From Chrysomallon squamiferum (taxonomy: Eukaryota > Animalia > Mollusca): a DNA stretch of 64,000 nt. Shown here piece after piece: positions 1 to 64,000 of this stretch; the first letter of the stretch is position 1; every line of letters begins with the position of its first letter. A model generated the notes under the pieces. It was not told where the DNA came from, ran no database searches, and was given only the letters and a program-made list of their open reading frames with translations. The position numbers were made by a program, and so were the translations under genes. The stretch spans positions 30,132,001 through 30,196,000 of the forward strand of contig CM022670.1 of NCBI GenBank assembly GCA_012295275.1, in the 5' to 3' direction.

Positions 1-2253
1 TGGTTTTTTTGGGGGGGTTGTAACCTATGAAAAAGTTCTGCCCAACCTTTGTAACATATGTGAATTTTCTTTATAACCAAACACATTTCGTATTGGAATT
101 CCTGTTCTTCACCTTTGGATAATAACAGTTTAATAAAGGTTAAATTTTGAATTGTAAATGATACTATAAACACTGTTATATTAACAGGTTGAAATATATA
201 ATTTAATAGTGATAAATTCCGGAACAGAAAATATACTGCTTCTGCTCATTTGATTTTCTAATAACTATACATTTGTCTATGCACTGCTTAGAATGAAAGA
301 TAATGTTCATATCAGCTTATAAACAGTCTACTTTGTAAAGACTAAGAAATTAAGAAACACACCTGATCATACAAGGTTAATACACATTTCACAATAGACC
401 AAATTTTAGTAAATAAACACCAAACAAAATTTTTCTTATTTCATATTACAGTTTTATTTGGCAAATGAAATGACTGAAATGTATCTTGACAAGAGATAAT
501 TCATTTCTTATTACCAACAAAAGAACACATTTAATGAGTGCTGTATTAGTGATCACAAAACATTCATCACAAAATAATTATCATTTCATGGGTCAGATAC
601 CCACTTTAATCTGCTTGGAGATAATGAGAAAAGATAGTAATTAAGAATTTAAAATTTTTAAAATAAGAAAATTAGGTTTTGTTCTGATTACCAGTTTACA
701 GAATACATATTTATATCATTTATATAAACAATAATTATAATAATAATAATAAATAAATAAGTAAATAAATGAAATGTTTGTACTAAAATGTTTGCAATTA
801 ATGGTTTTAGCAACTGTCAGATATTAGATTTTTATTTTTAAACTAGCCAAATTAAGGCATGCTGCAAGGTTTTGGAAATGTTTATTACAATTTAATTAAC
901 AAAATGTGAAACAGAAGTGCATAATAATAAATAGGAACTAAATATTAAAGTTAACAAGTTTCTGAAATTATGAACTGAAATGTGTAAACAATTTAGCAAT
1001 GAAAAATAAATAGTTTATGTTTTAAATTTTATTACAAAAACAAATTAATTACTCCAGCTGTCTTTGACTTCAGTAAGTTTATTTTAAATATTTTGATACT
1101 GAAGGAGAATAAATAATGATAGCAGTATCTACAAAGTACAATTAATTTATGACCATTTTATGATTTGAGAAACAGACAGGTGAGAAGAATAAAGGTAAAG
1201 AGTAAAATGTCAGTTATTTTTCTGACATCTCTTGCCTGCATCCACCCATAACATGGAGTGTGTTCACTTACATATAAAATGTTTATTTTGTAGAATATTT
1301 GAAAAAATATATAATAATAAAAGTTTTTAAATATTATTATCCTGCTTTGTTGTGGACTGGTTTGGCAAACAAATTGGCATATTTTGGTTTCCTTTTTCTT
1401 CAATACACAAAACTCCAATATTAGTTTTCATTTCACAACCATTGTTCATATCACCACATTCAGATCAAGTCAGCTTTTTAAAAATATTCATAATTACTCG
1501 GCATGTTAACCATGTCAGTAAAATTCAGCCTCAGAAAATATCTGAAGGCTTACATTTTAATCTTGAAAACAGTGACCATCTCTTTGATGCCTCATGAAAT
1601 TCTTAATATATACACACACAAACATTACATACGATGCTATTGACAAAGCTCTTTATAAAATGAAGATGCTTTATTTTAGACACACTATTATACAGAATTG
1701 TCTGAGAAATGCAACAGTTATGCACCATTTTCTGTCAACTTGAATATTGTTCACAAACATTTTAGTGTCATTATGAAGACAGATGAGTTGGCCGAAACAA
1801 ATATACACAAATATTTCTTTTATCTTACAAAAAACATTCTGATGATGAATTTTCAACATTTATTTGTTTCAAGAATTGTAATATAGATATATATATTTTT
1901 TATTTATATTTATATATATATATAAAATTATGTATCAATAAAAGGCATCAAGAACATTTTTAATATCACAACTGAAACTATTTTAATGAGACATCTTTCT
2001 TTTCATAATTTACAAAAAAAAGTTCATTGAAAGTAATTTTTGTTAAATATTATTATTTGGTAGCACATATCCATTTTGCACCATAAATCACAGTTTCTTG
2101 TTGTAGAGTCGAAATGCCGTCATCTGCAATAGTATGGCAAAATGTTGAGATATCCACACAATGTTACAATGTCAAGAAAATGGACATCAACATAATAAAT
2201 CAAAACAAACATTTTACAGAACACCAGGCAGGTGGACATCACTGATGTAACTG
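1..2253 (-). other. Probable Shroom 3' UTR and downstream region (end undefined)
   Basis: Follows the stop codon; AT-rich with many AATAAA on the minus strand, so no single poly(A) site can be chosen. Confidence 0.5.
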
Positions 2254-53805
<51,552 letters not shown>

Positions 53806-54342
53806 CTGAAAAATATGAAAGAGAATACTAGTAAAAATACAATTGCCAATTAACATTACCTAGGGAAACAAATTGAAATAAATATACTATTTTAGTACTT
53901 AATTTTGATATTATTGTTGTAGTTCAGAAATAATTATCCATAAGAAATATCAAGAGTTTCTTGAACTATATATATCTATGGACACCATCCAATGAAAAGA
54001 AAATGAAACAAGCTACAAAAACAAATTTCAGGTGTTATTTGAAATGATTATCTCACTTTTCAACACTGGTGAACTTGCCAGAACATTTAAAAATAACAGG
54101 TATCATGTGAACAAATCAAATTCAAATCAGCGTTGTTACAATTGTACACGTTCATTTGTATCAGGAAAAAAAGAAACTATGTATAAATCAATTCAAAATA
54201 TTGAATATATAATAATATTTCACAGATAATGAATGTGAGGACTAGCTATGTCTGTCAATGTGTATGTACATGTATGCATTTGTAATTTGTGTGTGTGTGA
54301 ATGTGAGTGTCTCAATGTGTATGAATGTTTGAATATATATAC

Positions 54343-55023
54343 TGTCACGGAGTACAGATTGTGTAACCAAATTTGTTACTTCAATCAGAGATCCACTCCT
54401 TTTATTTTTAAGTGATGGAATTGAAATTGCGTAACTTTAATTGTTATTTCAAATCACATCCATTCTTTTTATTGTTTCTGCTAATTTTTCAACACCATGA
54501 CATTGTTATAAAAAGGGCTGGCATTTGGTAATTAATTCAAGTGAAGTAAGCAAGAGTGAAGGAAATGGTCAAAACCAGAGTTGAGTCAGGCATGGAAAAC
54601 AATGTGTTTGAATGACATTGTCTTTACAGACGAGTATGGTAAGCAATTGTCTATTCTTATTTTGATAGGGTGTAATGTGCAATTAATCTATGTCAATAAC
54701 ATTTATTATACCTGAAATTTTAATGTTTTAATCTGTCCGTGCAAATTCTTATTTTGTCTTGGTTCCCCATATGACCTTACTTGTATGTTTTATGATTTTA
54801 TAATGTATTATTATCAAGTCACCTGTATATCATAATTAAATAATTAACGTGAACCTTAACTTGTGTTTATTTCTGTAGTGGATAGATATACTTATTGATT
54901 TATATAGATTGCTGTCAATTTAGCATTTATATTCTTTGTTAGGTGGCCATTATAGCACCTTGTTACCTTAGGCTGAGCCTTAATAAAACATCCAAGGTGT
55001 TTAAAGGTGTGAGCCCTATGACA
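54343..55023. mobile_element. ~680-bp TG…CA element (solo LTR-like), copy 2, inverted relative to copy 1
   Basis: Begins TGTCACGG and ends CTATGACA; flanks TATAC/TATAT (4 of 5 match). Confidence 0.72.
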
Positions 55024-57089
55024 TATATATAAAGTATTATTTACTTTGTTGCTATCTTTCAAAGCTAACAGCATTACATTAACAACAATTATTTTGTAGT
55101 AATTAAACAAGCTATTTGATACAAAATAATTATACAAAATAATTTAAACTTTATGGAGGGTGGGAAATAATTTACAACATATTTTATCAACAGTGAACAA
55201 GGGAATCATTTTAAATATACAAATTAATATTTAAACATTTTTTATATCCCACATGCTGAATATCACCAATGTCAATTAAATAGTTAAATTATTTCATAAT
55301 ATTATTTTATTAAAAAACCGGCACATACAGTAAATATATATCAGTGTATCTTCAGAGTAAAACAGGCAGCAATGAACCATTGTGAACAACAAGAAAACTT
55401 AATGTCTACTAAATAGGTAAATAAAAAAAAATATATATATATATTATTTGACTGATGAAAAATATACTACTATTTGGAGTTGAACACACACACACACACA
55501 CACCTTCCACACACATACACGGATTAAAAACATGAACTGATGATGTTTATGAGAAATATTCCTGATGTCTGGAAATTCAAACCTACATTAATCTTCTCCT
55601 AGCTAAGAACCTAACAGGTTTTTTTATTGTGAATAAGTAACAAAGTAAGGTGGTAAAATGTAGTGTATGGTTTCTTGAATATTGTTTATGGTTACCTTTA
55701 CATCTACAGTTACAAAAAGACATCCACAATGTTAAATGTGTGGAATTAGTGTTTAGTCAACAACTATTTGACAACATCTCACATAACTTTTCTGATGTTA
55801 CATGTCCTCTGTCCCATCTCTGGCCTCAATGGCTGTATCTAAAATGTCAGGAACACAAAGTAAAGTATAGCCAAGTGAATTTCTGGTGTGATTATTTTTA
55901 AAAGTTTTGTTTGTTTTTCCCTAGTTTTTTAAATTTGTAATATTATTTATTTATTTATTTATTTATTATTGTTGTTGTTGTTACTGTTATTTCTCTGCAA
56001 GGTATATTATTATACCTTTAACAAAGGATTTTTGACACTTTTTGTTAAGGTGAAAAAATGATATTAAATCCAATAGTTTATATACTGATGATATATGTAA
56101 AACTACATACCGTCACATTCACAAATAAAAATGTGTTACTGTTGTTGTCGTATTTTTAATCATAGCTTATTAGCTTTACCTACAATAAGATTTAATTTGT
56201 AAAAATGATATTAATCCCAGTCGTGTCTAATCATAAGTGCTTAACAACAACAACAACAGTAACAACAATATTAATAATAACCACAATGATGTTAAATTTT
56301 CTCACAAGTCTAAACAAATGTAGATATTTTGCTATAATTCATTTTGAGCTACCAACATAAATAATTTGGCTAAGTGCCTAAATATTTTAATAATTTGGCC
56401 ACAGTCGTGACTGTTAGTATGTTGACTGATCAGCATATTAACTGAAACAATGACAGGCTATTTCAACATGTACAGTGTGAATAATGCATAAATTTATTTA
56501 AAATGTTACAGTAGTTACAAATACAAAATAAAATTATTTAAACTGTTTATTTAGAAAGATAGATACATTATATATATATATATAGATACTATATACACAT
56601 ATAGTATAGACAAAATAAAAAAGAACAAAGAAAACAAAACTTATACAAATACAAAGATGCATATATAAATGAAACAAATATAGATGTACAAACACACACA
56701 TACACATGCAATGTATACATATAGAAAGACAAAAAACAGTATATACTGTATCTGTCTTTTCTTCTCTTTTTCTGTCAATACAAATGTGTTCTGATCAGAA
56801 AATGTCTTTCTCTACATTTCAATTTGAATCAGCATAACAGACTTTTCAAAACACCTTTCTATTCTACATTAACTGGCCTGGCCCATTAAAGAAAACACAT
56901 TTCTGATGTTTTCAAAATTACTTTCTACTGATTTCTAATTTGCACAACTATTTCAAAACATACTACATTTACATTGCCTATTTGAAGATTCTGTAAAAAT
57001 TTGGTTATTTCTAGAACTTGTAACAATATATATTTAAACTATCTTTCACTCTCCTATTCAGTCCATGCATTTAATTTGCTTTAAATCGT

Positions 57090-57372
57090 CTATTTTTTGC
57101 AATCAGTTGCAAGCCATAATTCAAGTTACAAGCTAGTTGGCAAAACAAACAACACAACATCTGCCCACTTGTTTCTTCATGTGGTTACCTCGCCATGGAA
57201 GCATCTCTGTTGCATTGTGCTCACGTTTTGGAAAAATTGGGGTGGTTTTTGGGGGGCTGGAACAGATTAATGGTATTTCAATAAATTTCAGTTGGGAAAA
57301 TTGATATAGGAGAAAACTGAGTTACAAGCTCGGCCACAGAACGAATTAAACGTGTAAGTCAAGGTACCACTG
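57090..57372 (+). mobile_element. Non-autonomous Tigger-derived MITE, same family as 11403-12726 (left end degraded, start approximate)
   Basis: Shares GCTAGTTGG…AACAACACAACATC, GTGGTTACCTC…TGGAAGCATC and GGGGGGCTGGAA…TTAATGGTATTTCA blocks; ends in TIR AAGGTACCACTG followed by TA. Confidence 0.8.
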
Positions 57373-59775
57373 TACTTGTAATTTGAATAATTCCATTACA
57401 AAATAACCATTTTCGTTTTACTGTTCTACATGTTCTTTTAAATTAATTTTATCATCTTGTACCTTTAAATCACCTTTATTTATTCCTTGTCAAATATGCA
57501 CCTTCAAATCACATCTTTTTTTTGGTCACATTCAGCACGTACCTTTAAATCACCTTTATATTTTTTTCTCCAGCATGAACCTTTAAATTTATCTTATTTT
57601 AACTGTTCCAACAAGTACTTTTATATTACCTTTATATCACATTTGCTATCACTTCCTCCTACAGCAGATTTACATATACCTCAGTGTTACTTACTATTGT
57701 CTAATTATAAAACACCTTTCTCTGTCCTGTTTTCCCTTTTCTCATTATAAATCAACTATCTAACTCATTTACCCCTGACATACACCACACTTCCTTACAA
57801 AAGAGTAACACAATTAAAAATACATGAATTTATATAAATAAAAAATCTAAAATGTATATGAAGGCTTAACATGATAAAAATTTAATTTCATAAAGCAAAC
57901 AATGTTTATATGTTAAGTGGTGTTCATTCTTCTGAAATGATAATTATGAAATAAAAGTAAGAAATATGTTGACAGACAGAGACAATCAGAGACAGAAAAA
58001 GAGACAGGCAGACAGTCACATGAGAGATATTAATATTAAATCAAGGGAGTATAAAAATTAAAATCTTTTATATTATTTTAAATAAAAGCAATAACAAAAC
58101 AATAAAATCAATTATTTAAAATTAAAAATGTCATAAAATGAAGGGAAATAGAGCCAACACCATCTGAGAGATAAATCTTATACATCAAAGGAGACACATT
58201 ACATCCAACCAAGGCATCTTGATTATGTCTTTGAAGTTGACTTCACAGAAATTAAGGGTCATTCTCATGCCATAATGCCTTCAGCTAGTGTACAACAATG
58301 TATCACAATTCAAGAAAACATTGTACTACATTGTTCCAATGAAAATAAATTTAAAAAAAAAAAAAAAAAAAAAGCATACGGCAAACTTCTTGTAGAAACA
58401 AAACAATTATTCCATTTCAGACTTGAATTTTAAGAATATTGCTAATGTCTTGGTTGGTAGACTGTTTTGTAATATTTTTATTTCATAAGATTATTTTATC
58501 ATTATGTTGTTTACATTTTACAAATCCTAAGACTTTTATTTCTTTTAAAATAATTTTTAAATAAAGTGTCTGAAAAACCATTCATTTTAAGTTATGAAGA
58601 AATCTGATGCTTTCTTTGTTATACTGCAGATTTGTTCAAATATAAATTATTTGTTATAATTATTTATTTTTTTGGTGTGTTTTTTTCTCGTTTTTTCCCA
58701 GTTTAATAAGTACTAAATATAAAGTCAGTTTAACTTAGACAAATACATATATAAAGAATTATAATATAAAACTTGTTTTATATTCTATTTTTATTATTAC
58801 ATGCTTTTAAATATATATTTTGGGGTACAGTTACTCTATGTACTTTTATTTCTTCACTCCAGGGTAAACCACAGCATAGTTGAAAAAACATTGACCTAGA
58901 CTAATTTACTAAGTCAGTGACCCCTTTATCCTGAACCTGAACAAAAACACTGAATAATCTTTCAGCAATATCATATAAGAAACTGATTCAGTGATTCAAC
59001 ATTTTATTACAGCTAATCATGTCACCTGTATTTAAAATCTTTATACCAGTGATTTATGTAGGGGACAGTGAAGTTCAGTTATTAGTTTTCATTTGTTAAT
59101 TGCTCAGCAGATTGTGTTATCAGTGAATATGCAGACTGTTTTCAGTGATCCTGATCCACAAACAGAAAGTTAGACAACCTCAACTGAGAATAGTCAGATT
59201 ATTTTAGTATCACTGGTCATTACTAAATATAACAAAAACACTCAGCTAAGCAAGAAATATGTACAGCTTAGGACTGATTTCAAATAATCAAAAAACAGAA
59301 AACGGGAAGAGGCGAAAGATTGGAAAAAAGGAACAGCACATTTTGAAAAGTAAATGACTATTATAATATTTGGACCATTCAAATTCTTTAAATAACATCT
59401 CCCAAAATGTGAGAGATCTTTACAATAAGCTGTAAGACACATTAGCATATTTCAAAGGAACTATTGTTTGTGGAAGAGCATTTCTTTTTCAAGTGTATTT
59501 CCTACAGAAAAGTATATCTATAATATATCTGACACAAAATTTCACTGACATTAAAACTAACTTCACAAAATGTGTACTTGCCAGTATCTTTTAACAGCTA
59601 TTGTATTAAAATATTTTAAACACCATAATAAAATCTTTAGCATGTTAATGTATTGTAAATTAATTTTGACACAGAGCTGTCATGTGCAAGAATTGGAGAT
59701 TACATAGAAAACATGAAGACTTGCTTTGCTTTAAAGAGAGGTATGCTGTCAAAAAGTTTAAAAAAAGTTAAAACC

Positions 59776-59876
59776 TTGAATATATGTATGTATGTATGCA
59801 TGTGGGTGGCTTTCTATTTGTGTTTGTGTTTCTTATTTGTATGTGTGTCTGTGCAGATATATAGTAATACAAATGT
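59776..59876 (+). repeat. 101-bp direct repeat, copy 1 (copy 2 at 61188-61288)
   Basis: Identical apart from one T/C difference. Confidence 0.95.
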
Positions 59877-61187
59877 GAATGTTAGTGTTGACACCTGAAG
59901 GTGATATTCTTAATGAAGTCAGCACCAAGACAGTCGGATGACTTCTGTCACACATGTAGCTGTATATGCATGAATGTCAGAATTCTAAATATCACACTTT
60001 CACTGGACACTTCTTCCTAAGCCTGTCTGAACACACTATATCGCACACCAGACACACACACATACAAACACAAACATACATGCATAGAGAGAGAAAGAGA
60101 GAGATGATATTAAGTCACAAGGTTTTTAAAACAGATACTTATATATTCGTTATACAATATACTTGAGGTATGCTATATTAATATTTATAATTCTATAGTG
60201 ACACTATACTAAAATTATCATTCAGTTGTACATAATTATTTTTATCTTTTCAAAATGCTTATAGGCCACAATTTGTTTATTTTTTCAATGATATCTATAA
60301 CAGTTTTGATTTAAAGCTATAAAATTTGAAATCACTATATGACACTGCAGGCTAACATTTATCATTCAGTTGTTTCTAGTATTTGATGATGAAAAAGAAT
60401 TCACACTAGCTAATTTTTTTCAGTGAGGATATCTATAATAATTCTAATGCTATAGCAACATTACAGCAAACATTTATTAAACTGCTGTAGATTAAACAAA
60501 CAGAACCAGGCAAACTGGACAGGAAACAGGCTGACATATCATAACTAACACGAGTTCACAATACTGCACAGCAGGTGAAATAAAAATTTCATATCAATCA
60601 CAACATATCACATTACCTAACCTTAGCTGCATATCTCAGGTAAAAATACAAGTGCCTGTGCCTTAAGGTAATTGACTCCATCTTACAACTAAGGTAAAAA
60701 TTATAAACACCCACTCAAATTACTTACATTTTTTAATAATTCGGAATAATGTTATTTAGATATATTTAGTAACAAAACTGACATGTACATGTCAAAAATT
60801 AGATAAAATGTGATAGAACAGTCATTTATTTCCCTTTTTCTTTTTCATCATCATATTTTTCTTCCTTTATTTATTTTTTTATTTATTTTTAATTATTTAG
60901 TAACAAAACTGATATGATTTGGGTCAAATTTTGAAAGTGACTGGGTTGGACACTCCCTTAAATTATTTATATTTTTCCTTTTTCTTTTTTTAATTTTCTA
61001 TTTTATGTAAATTTAATTATTTAGTACTTTTCTGCCTTGATGTACGACCTTACCTATCATGATTATCATTAATTATAGTCCCAATTCCACTAATTTAAGT
61101 TTGAAAAAGATAGTGACATATAAATTTTCAAAGAAAATGCTAAATAAAATCTCTGTAAAACTGCCATAAATGATTACAGAAGACGAT

Positions 61188-61288
61188 TTGAATATATGTA
61201 TGTATGTATGCATGTGGGTGGCTTTCTATTTGTGTTTGTGTTTCTTATTCGTATGTGTGTCTGTGCAGATATATAGTAATACAAATGT
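61188..61288 (+). repeat. 101-bp direct repeat, copy 2
   Basis: Matches 59776-59876; also visible as the duplicated NICMYVCMWVAFY… translation in the ORF track. Confidence 0.95.
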
Positions 61289-62492
61289 TTACACCAAAGT
61301 GACATTAAAGATTATTTGTATATCCTTTATATTAATAAAAAGTAATGATATGGAAATACTACACATTAATAAAATTTAAAACAAAGAAACTGTTGAATTC
61401 ATCTATCTTGTCTTCAGATCAAAGAATAAAAGGTAAAGGATTAATCATACTGATTTTTTGGCACAAAGAAGTTCAAGATGTTATAAAATTAAATTTGTGT
61501 TAAATTTATTTTATTTTTTCATGCACACAAACACACAAATACCCATATACAAACTTAAATACACATACAGAAATAGATATACACATACAAATAGAAATAT
61601 ACAGATACATATATACATATAGATATATAAATATGCATACATACACACATACATACATACACAGACATACATAGACATACTTATGCACACTCAGCTTTAC
61701 ATTATAGGCCTATAGTCTCCCAGTCATACAGACACATAAACCAAGTGACACACACATGCGCACACACACACAAACATGTACATATTGCCTTTAAGTCCCA
61801 AACTTCCTTTTTTTTTAAACCCCATACAAAAACCAACACAATATCATATACACTAACAAAACACAAATACAGTCCAAAATGTATATCACACACCACAATC
61901 ATTAATCAAAAATTCAATCATTTATACTAACAGCCTACCTCTGATTAAAAACATAATGTCCTCTGAAGATATCCCAATACTGAATAAGAAATGAAGTCAG
62001 CTGTGAAGTATGAACAAGAATGTAAAAACATAAAAAAACCAAACAAAAAAAAGACAACAACCAGAATTCATAGCCTGCTTTGATGAAGGTATTTTCTACA
62101 ATGTCCCAGTGCCCTGTACTAAACCACACTTATGACCTGTGATAACAGTTGTTAACCTCTCTACCTTGGAATTTCCTCTTCCTCTCACCTATTACACAGC
62201 ACTCTGATTAGAATGGCCCAGTCCATGCTCTGGAAAAAGGGGTGGTCAGGTTTTAAAGAAAGAGTCTTGCCATACCTTGAATCGAGAAGGTCAATTAATG
62301 GACAGCCTAAGGTAAATAGTACTTAATCAATGCAGTATAACATACAGCTAATGTGAACCAAATTGTCATTAAGAATAATGTGATAATAAATCTTTAACCA
62401 ATAATGAGATTCTTGATTTTTTTGTTGAATATCTTCATAGACTGAGACTTGACTCCTCAGGTTAAACATTTATAATCAGCCTGTACAGTAAC

Positions 62493-62526
<34 letters not shown>

Positions 62527-62536
62527 CAATAATAAT
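62493..62536. repeat. (AAT)n microsatellite
   Basis: Direct inspection. Confidence 0.9.
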
Positions 62537-64000
62537 AGTAGAAGTATTAGTAGTAGTGTTGTTGTTCTTGTAGTAGTAACAACAAATAATATTAAAAGTA
62601 ATAATTAACAAACCACAGAAATGCCTATATACTGATATTGTTAAAGAATATAATATTATTTATATATAACATCTAGACACTTCTTATTGTGAAAAATAAA
62701 ATTAGTTTGTGTATGTGTCTGAGTAAAACCTTAATTAAAATAATATATACTATAATTATTTTGACAGAGATAACAAATGCAATGAAAAAGTTATATTTTA
62801 ATAACTATATTCTATATCACCCTGATTTTGGATGGGACATTTAGACAAATCAGAAATAATAATGTTAACTCAACCATAGCAATGTGCGGTGACCCTACAA
62901 GTAACAAATCCCATCAAGAATTATGCACTTACATATCAGGATTTATTCTTTTCATTTTGTGCTAAATACACGAAGGAAGTATGTTAACAAACTTAATTAG
63001 ATCATTAAAATTTTACTTTACAAAAGTAATAATTGCGTTTGCTTTCTTGTCTTGGGTAGGTAAACTTAAAACAATGTGTTTACTGTTCACTATAAGCAGG
63101 AGCAGTGGGTTTCTTCTGTTAAGCTTTTTATACAAATGATAATAGTTAATTTAAAATATAATGACAAGTAATTAGACAAATAAAATCTTCATATTATTTT
63201 GCATGTTGTAAAAAACAAAACAATACAAATTAATTTTCAACTAAGCATGAAACATTATTTTGTTACACATATTATATTTATTTTACAAACACATACAACT
63301 CTAATCCTTCAGGAAACTTTGTAACATTTAAAAGGTTTTGTATTAGTAACAAGATAACTCAGTATCTCAGACATTCCAGAATTTGTGCCATGTGATGTAC
63401 AGAGTCCAAATCCTGTTTGTAGTCAACAGTGAAAGTCACACAGACAGGCATTTAACCTGCATACAGAATTTACAGGTATGACTCATCTTCACCTGTTTTA
63501 TTATCTCTATCATCATCATGACATCCCTGAGATGTCACTGAGTCATCACGCACTGACTGGAATGTGATGAACTGTAGGTTGAAGTCCTTTTTGATGCATC
63601 CTTTGACTAATTTCACATTTCATCTAACCAATGTTATTTTCCAGTTAATTTCACAATTCAGAAAACCCCACATAACTACCAACTCTATGCAAAGGCTAAA
63701 GTTAAATGATTAATTGAAAAATATAAAAAAGTATAGCCTATAACATAGTAAGAGTTAATATGCAATATGATAATTTTTAAGATATTTTTCACTCAGCACT
63801 ATCCACTATTGTTACAAATATAACATTGTAAATATAAACATTGATTTGTTCTCATCATGCTAATAAACACATGCAGTAGCTGATGCTGTATAATTAACAC
63901 TTTCTGGAAACAGTTCACATAATGTAAATCTTATTAACTATCTGTGATGATCCTTACATAAATAAAGCAGATGGTTACTGCCAATCCTAATGATTTCATG

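Noticed and set aside
850-2093. miRNA seed matches in the 3' UTR (K-box/miR-2 near 1964 and 2087, miR-124 near 853)
   Set aside because: Six- and seven-mers at this density are compatible with chance in AT-rich sequence; conservation data are needed.
53806-53849. Apparent signal peptide MAIVFLLVFSFIFFS at the start of ORF 50595-53849
   Set aside because: It is the translated polypyrimidine tract upstream of the acceptor, with a non-ATG start.
61939-62306. Possible upstream Shroom exons with phase-2 donors (about 61939-61979 and 62276-62306)
   Set aside because: Splice signals are plausible but the peptides are unrecognisable and no PDZ or ASD1 sequence is visible; unresolved without RNA data.

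Overview
AT-rich, strongly CpG-depleted animal genomic DNA with microsatellites and spliceosomal introns. It looks invertebrate, possibly molluscan, but the species cannot be determined from sequence. The window lies inside one large minus-strand gene, a Shroom-family actin/ROCK regulator recognised by its C-terminal ASD2 domain. A phase-consistent exon chain can be built by hand: 53805-50156, 47652-47600, 25673-24912, 7855-5774, 4822-4690, 4365-4264, 2952-2779, 2511-2254. It gives about 2400 codons, and the 5' end was not found. The one break in the chain is a single extra base in a T7 run at 50597-50603 (…UUA AAA UUU UUU UGA AAG…). This is either a homopolymer assembly error (most likely) or a +1 shifty-stop site of the UUU_UGA type. 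The introns hold several candidate ATG-bearing alternative first exons that all end in the required phase, a rearranged Tigger/pogo relic plus a MITE, two inverted copies of a ~700-bp TG…CA element with 5-bp target-site duplications, and several minisatellites. No rRNA, intact tRNA or CRISPR array is supported.
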